Positions 60,706 through 64,000 of a stretch of 64,000 bases of DNA are shown piece by piece. A program made the position numbers and the translations under genes. Numbering within the stretch: the first letter of the stretch is position 1; each line of letters begins with the position of its first letter. Source of the DNA: Methanotrichaceae archaeon (lineage in GTDB: Archaea; Halobacteriota; Methanosarcinia; Methanotrichales; Methanotrichaceae); the NCBI GenBank assembly GCA_963803145.1, contig CAWDLW010000016.1, positions 64,001 to 128,000 on the forward strand, read 5' to 3'. The notes under the pieces are model-generated. The model did not search any database. It saw only the letters and a list, made by a program, of their open reading frames with translations, and was not told where the DNA came from.

Positions 60706-61043
60706 GATCTATCTTCTATCTTTTGGATGTGGCACCTTATGGCAGCGAAAAGGCATTTGGCTCGCTCAATGCTGCTGTAGTGAGCATCGGAATGGACATA
60801 GTTGTAGGTCTCTATGCCGATGGTGTCTACCTTGCTCTTGCAGGCCAGAACAGCAGAGCTTTGGGAGTTCCCAATCTCTCCGATATAATTTACGCGTATC
60901 CCGAGATCAATGTCTTAGCCCATGAGCCTTCGCTGGTAGAGCGAGGTCTTTTTGACCAGGGATTGATCGAGAGGGTGGAGCTCGTCGATGAGAATATGTT
61001 CTTGGAGGCGATCCTGGCATCGGATTCCATAATATTATTGTGA
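60702..61043 (+). CDS. DsrF/TusC-like sulfur-relay subunit
   Basis: APYGSE, ADGVY...GQ and SL.ERG; no Cys. Confidence 0.82.
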   Translation: MRSIFYLLDVAPYGSEKAFGSLNAAVVSIGMDIVVGLYADGVYLALAGQNSRALGVPNLSDIIYAYPEINVLAHEPSLVERGLFDQGLIERVELVDENMFLEAILASDSIILL

Positions 61044-61053
61044 GGCATTAGAA

Positions 61054-61383
61054 ATGGATAGTGGCAGACTTCTCAATGAGTCTTATAGTCCCAAAATGGA
61101 TGTTTTCCTCCTGACCAAGCCCCCGAAAAGCGATCGGGCCAGGATATGCCTGCAACTGATAGTGCGATCGGAAAATGCCGTTCTGTACCTTGCAGGAGAC
61201 GGAGTTTATAATTTGTTAGATGAGGCATTCAAAGTCCTGCCAAGGGAGAGGTTCTTTGCCTGCAAGGAGGATCTGGAGGCAAGAGGCGTTCAACCTGGGG
61301 GGATATTGACCACATCGAGCGATTTCTATGAAATGCTGGTAGAGGATATAATGTCAGATGGAAATAGAATCTATACGTTTTAA
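61054..61383 (+). CDS. DsrH/TusB-like sulfur-relay subunit
   Basis: LTKPP, LAGDGVY and EDLEARG. Confidence 0.82.
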   Translation: MDSGRLLNESYSPKMDVFLLTKPPKSDRARICLQLIVRSENAVLYLAGDGVYNLLDEAFKVLPRERFFACKEDLEARGVQPGGILTTSSDFYEMLVEDIMSDGNRIYTF

Positions 61384-61595
61384 CAAATGCAGGAGCAAAA
61401 AGCATTGATAGCAGAAGCGGTTCTTATTCTGTCACCACGGCTAACTTAATTTTAAATTGAATCATACCTGCAAACAAAACAATTATAATTTATAATTTAG
61501 ATAGATCGCGAAAAGATTATATAAGCTATCTCCCATGTCCTCAATGGTTGATGCCTTATGATAATGATCCAAGAAGACCACAGGTGAGGATTTAA

Positions 61596-62192
61596 ATGGA
61601 TTATTTATTAATTGCATCATTGTGGATAGCATACTGTTTACTTCATAGCTTTTTAGTCAGCACCAGCTTTACAAATCAGCTGACTCGTTTATTGAAGAAT
61701 TATTATGCCTTTTACAGGATTTTCTTTGTATCTTTTTCATTGGCTCTACTTATTCCTTTAATTAGATATACCGATCAATTCGATAGTAATATAATTATAA
61801 CTTATGGCCCACCTTGGAACATTGTACGATATATACTTCTTTTGGGTTCTTTATCCATGTTCTTCTGGGCTTTTTTCTTCGATTATGATTCTCTATCGTT
61901 TTTTGGCATTCGCCAAATACTAAACTTTGGGAAGGAGAAGAAAATAAATCCTTCCGAGGATTTGAAAAGGGATGGATTATTGGGAGTCGTAAGACATCCG
62001 ATGTATTTTGCTTTAATAATTGCTTTATGGTGCACTACATTCACGATGACTGGTATAATGGTAAATACAATATTAACAGCTTATGTTATTATGGGAACAA
62101 TTCTTGAAGAAAAGAAACTTGTGTTAGAATTCGGTGATACATACGTCAAATATCAACAGGAAGTGCCAATGTTGATTCCGTTTACTAAGTGA
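61596..62192 (+). CDS. ICMT/NnrU/MddA-like membrane methyltransferase
   Basis: LHS, FFGIRQ, G..VRHPMY and EE..L..EFG..Y..YQ..VPMLIP; very AT-rich. Confidence 0.8.
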   Translation: MDYLLIASLWIAYCLLHSFLVSTSFTNQLTRLLKNYYAFYRIFFVSFSLALLIPLIRYTDQFDSNIIITYGPPWNIVRYILLLGSLSMFFWAFFFDYDSLSFFGIRQILNFGKEKKINPSEDLKRDGLLGVVRHPMYFALIIALWCTTFTMTGIMVNTILTAYVIMGTILEEKKLVLEFGDTYVKYQQEVPMLIPFTK

Positions 62193-62417
62193 AAGGTTAT
62201 ATAGCTCACATTTTGGTAGGAGACGGGATCAATAATTTGTTGGATAGGGCATTCGAAGCCCTGCTGACGAAGTGGTTTTGCCTGAAGAAGGATCTCGTAG
62301 GCAAATGATGAAAGAAATCCCATTCACAGAGGATCGCTCAAATATTATGCCGTGGGGATAGACGAATAATTGAAATCCTTTCATGCTCATCCTGCAGCCA
62401 ATAAATGAGGATCTAAA

Positions 62418-63491
62418 ATGAAAGTCTTAGCTCTCAATAGCAGTCTTCGCCAGGATGGCGAGAGCAGAACTGAGCTGATGCTGAGTCACCTGGTCAAAGG
62501 TATGCGTGAAGCCGGAGCCGAGGTCGAGGTTGTTAACCTTCGTGATAAGACGATCCACTATTGCATGGGCTGCTTCTCCTGCGATACCATAACGCCTGGG
62601 CAGTGCATCATCCAGGACGACATGACCCGGGAGCTCTATCCCAAGTGGCTTGCCAGTGACCTTTGCATCTACGCGACTCCTCTCTTCCACTGGACCTTGA
62701 ACGCCCCCATGAAGGCCTTCATAGAGCGCACATGGCCCGTGATGGAGCCCTTCTTTGTCCAGGCAGCCGATGGCAGATGGGTCCATCCCATACGCCACGA
62801 GCCCCCAAAGGCAGTTGTTTTGTCTGTAGCCGGTTTTGCCGAGAGCTGGATCTTTGAGTCCCTCTCTCATTACGCCAACTTCCTCTGGGGCAGAAGAGGG
62901 AAGCTGGTTGCTGAGATTTATCGTCCTGGTGCAATGTTCATGACCAGCCTTGGCCCTGAGAAGCTGGCCGATATCCTGGGAGCCACGGAGCAGGCAGGGC
63001 GAGAGCTGGTTCTAAATAACTGCGTTCTTCCTGAGACTTTAGCCCGCATACAGCAACCCCTTGCTGATCTGGATATCATTGCCAAGGCTGCAAATATGTT
63101 CTGGAGGACCTGCATAGATGAAGGGGTAAATCCCAAAGCCTTCGGCGAAAGGGTGAGGATCCCGCGTCCCCATTCCCTGGACGATTATCTGACCTTAATG
63201 CAGCTGGCCTTTTCAGCCAAAGGCGCCGGTGATACTAACGCTGTGGTGCAATTCGAGTTCATGGGCGAGACTGGGATGACTGGGGGTGACTGCCACATCG
63301 TCATCGATAAAGGGACGATACGGACTGGCATGGGAAAAGCATCCCAACCGGACGTCGTAGTCAGGGCTCCTTTTGAGCTGTGGATGGATATAATCTCGGG
63401 AAAGGCTAATCCAGTGCAGATGTTCATGGATGGGAAGTGCAGCGCTGAGGGAGACTTATCCCTGCTAATGAAGATGAGCCAATGGTTCTGA
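62418..63491 (+). CDS. Iron-sulfur flavoprotein/flavodoxin domain fused to an SCP2 lipid-binding domain
   Basis: ALNSSLR, CMGCFSC..C...DDM and ATPL; C-terminal VQFEF.G...PD..V....W..I..GK.NP..MFM.GK...EGDL. Confidence 0.82.
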   Translation: MKVLALNSSLRQDGESRTELMLSHLVKGMREAGAEVEVVNLRDKTIHYCMGCFSCDTITPGQCIIQDDMTRELYPKWLASDLCIYATPLFHWTLNAPMKAFIERTWPVMEPFFVQAADGRWVHPIRHEPPKAVVLSVAGFAESWIFESLSHYANFLWGRRGKLVAEIYRPGAMFMTSLGPEKLADILGATEQAGRELVLNNCVLPETLARIQQPLADLDIIAKAANMFWRTCIDEGVNPKAFGERVRIPRPHSLDDYLTLMQLAFSAKGAGDTNAVVQFEFMGETGMTGGDCHIVIDKGTIRTGMGKASQPDVVVRAPFELWMDIISGKANPVQMFMDGKCSAEGDLSLLMKMSQWF

Positions 63492-63642
63492 TTATCACCT
63501 CTAATTCCTATTTCTTCCTTTGTTTTGTCCAAAACGTGATACCCCGTAGCCTGCCGAGGATAGGACAAAGAGAATTGGTATCAAATCTTAGGCCCAACAT
63601 GGTAATCAGTGGCGAATATAGCAAATCGTCGGGATCATTTTG

Positions 63643-63999
63643 TTAGGGCTTAACTGCAGACGCCCTGTTCCAATAGAAATACGCCGAAGCATATGGATTC
63701 ATCCTCAAGTTATCAAGTTCAGCAATTGCTGCTTGAATAAGCGATTCCGAGACGCCAAATGATAGCAAATGTGCCTCAGCTCCTTTAATGATCTCTATAG
63801 AGTTCACTATCCATGGATCAAATGTAGGCATGTCATAATGATGCACTTCAGGTCCAATCGATAAACTGATTGAGCGGAATCCGGCTTGTTTTAGAAGGCT
63901 GAATAGTTTCTTGCCGATCTCGGCATCTCCCCCAATATGCGATTGCAGATCTGCAAACTTTCCCAGCATCAGAGAATATGAGGGGCAATCAGGGTACAG
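63643..63999 (-). CDS. Class I SAM-dependent methyltransferase, C-terminal part (5' end outside window)
   Basis: LYPDCP...GGDAEIGKKL..LL..AGF pattern; the frame is open to the window edge. Confidence 0.65.
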   Translation of the reverse strand: MYPDCPSYSLMLGKFADLQSHIGGDAEIGKKLFSLLKQAGFRSISLSIGPEVHHYDMPTFDPWIVNSIEIIKGAEAHLLSFGVSESLIQAAIAELDNLRMNPYASAYFYWNRASAVKP

Positions 64000-64000
64000 A

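Noticed and set aside
62200-62410. Hairpin AGGGC-attcgaa-GCCCT and a possible gene remnant
   Set aside because: The stem is too short, and no convincing ORF or RNA family is apparent.

Overview
This is an archaeal methanogen window. The ftr, porCDAB, purO, aCPSF1-psmB and ADH synthase genes, together with many secreted hypothetical proteins, point to Methanosarcinia, most likely Methanotrichaceae (inference). The window has three zones. (1) 1-7.6 kb is accessory: a glycogen debranching gene end, an AT-rich AbrB-like/PaREP1 pair, a sulfonate/nitrate-type ABC transporter whose binding protein looks circularly permuted and frameshifted, a cluster of truncated toxin-antitoxin genes, and a protease remnant. 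(2) 7.6-32.8 kb is mostly housekeeping: SF2 helicase, aCPSF1, psmB, PINA, pyruvate synthase, purO, ftr, panE, an SIMPL pair, an orphan cheR, ADH synthase and NcsA/TtuA. (3) 32.8-64 kb is a mosaic metalloid/thiol-redox island of about 31 kb. It carries arsM, arsC, acr3, two ArsP-like permeases, several ArsR-type regulators with shared operator-like palindromes, an HgcC-like AbrB protein, thioredoxins, CcdA, DGC, AhpD-like, FmdE-TauE, a MacB-type ABC system and a secreted Cys/Asn/Gln repeat protein. The best candidate for an undescribed system is an apparently co-transcribed cluster: arsR - secreted rhodanese - acr3 - ArsR/Fe-S - dsrEFH(tusDCB)-like. It would couple sulfur relay to arsenic efflux. 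I found no tRNA, rRNA, CRISPR array or intact transposase. All family assignments come from motif recognition by eye; no searches were run.
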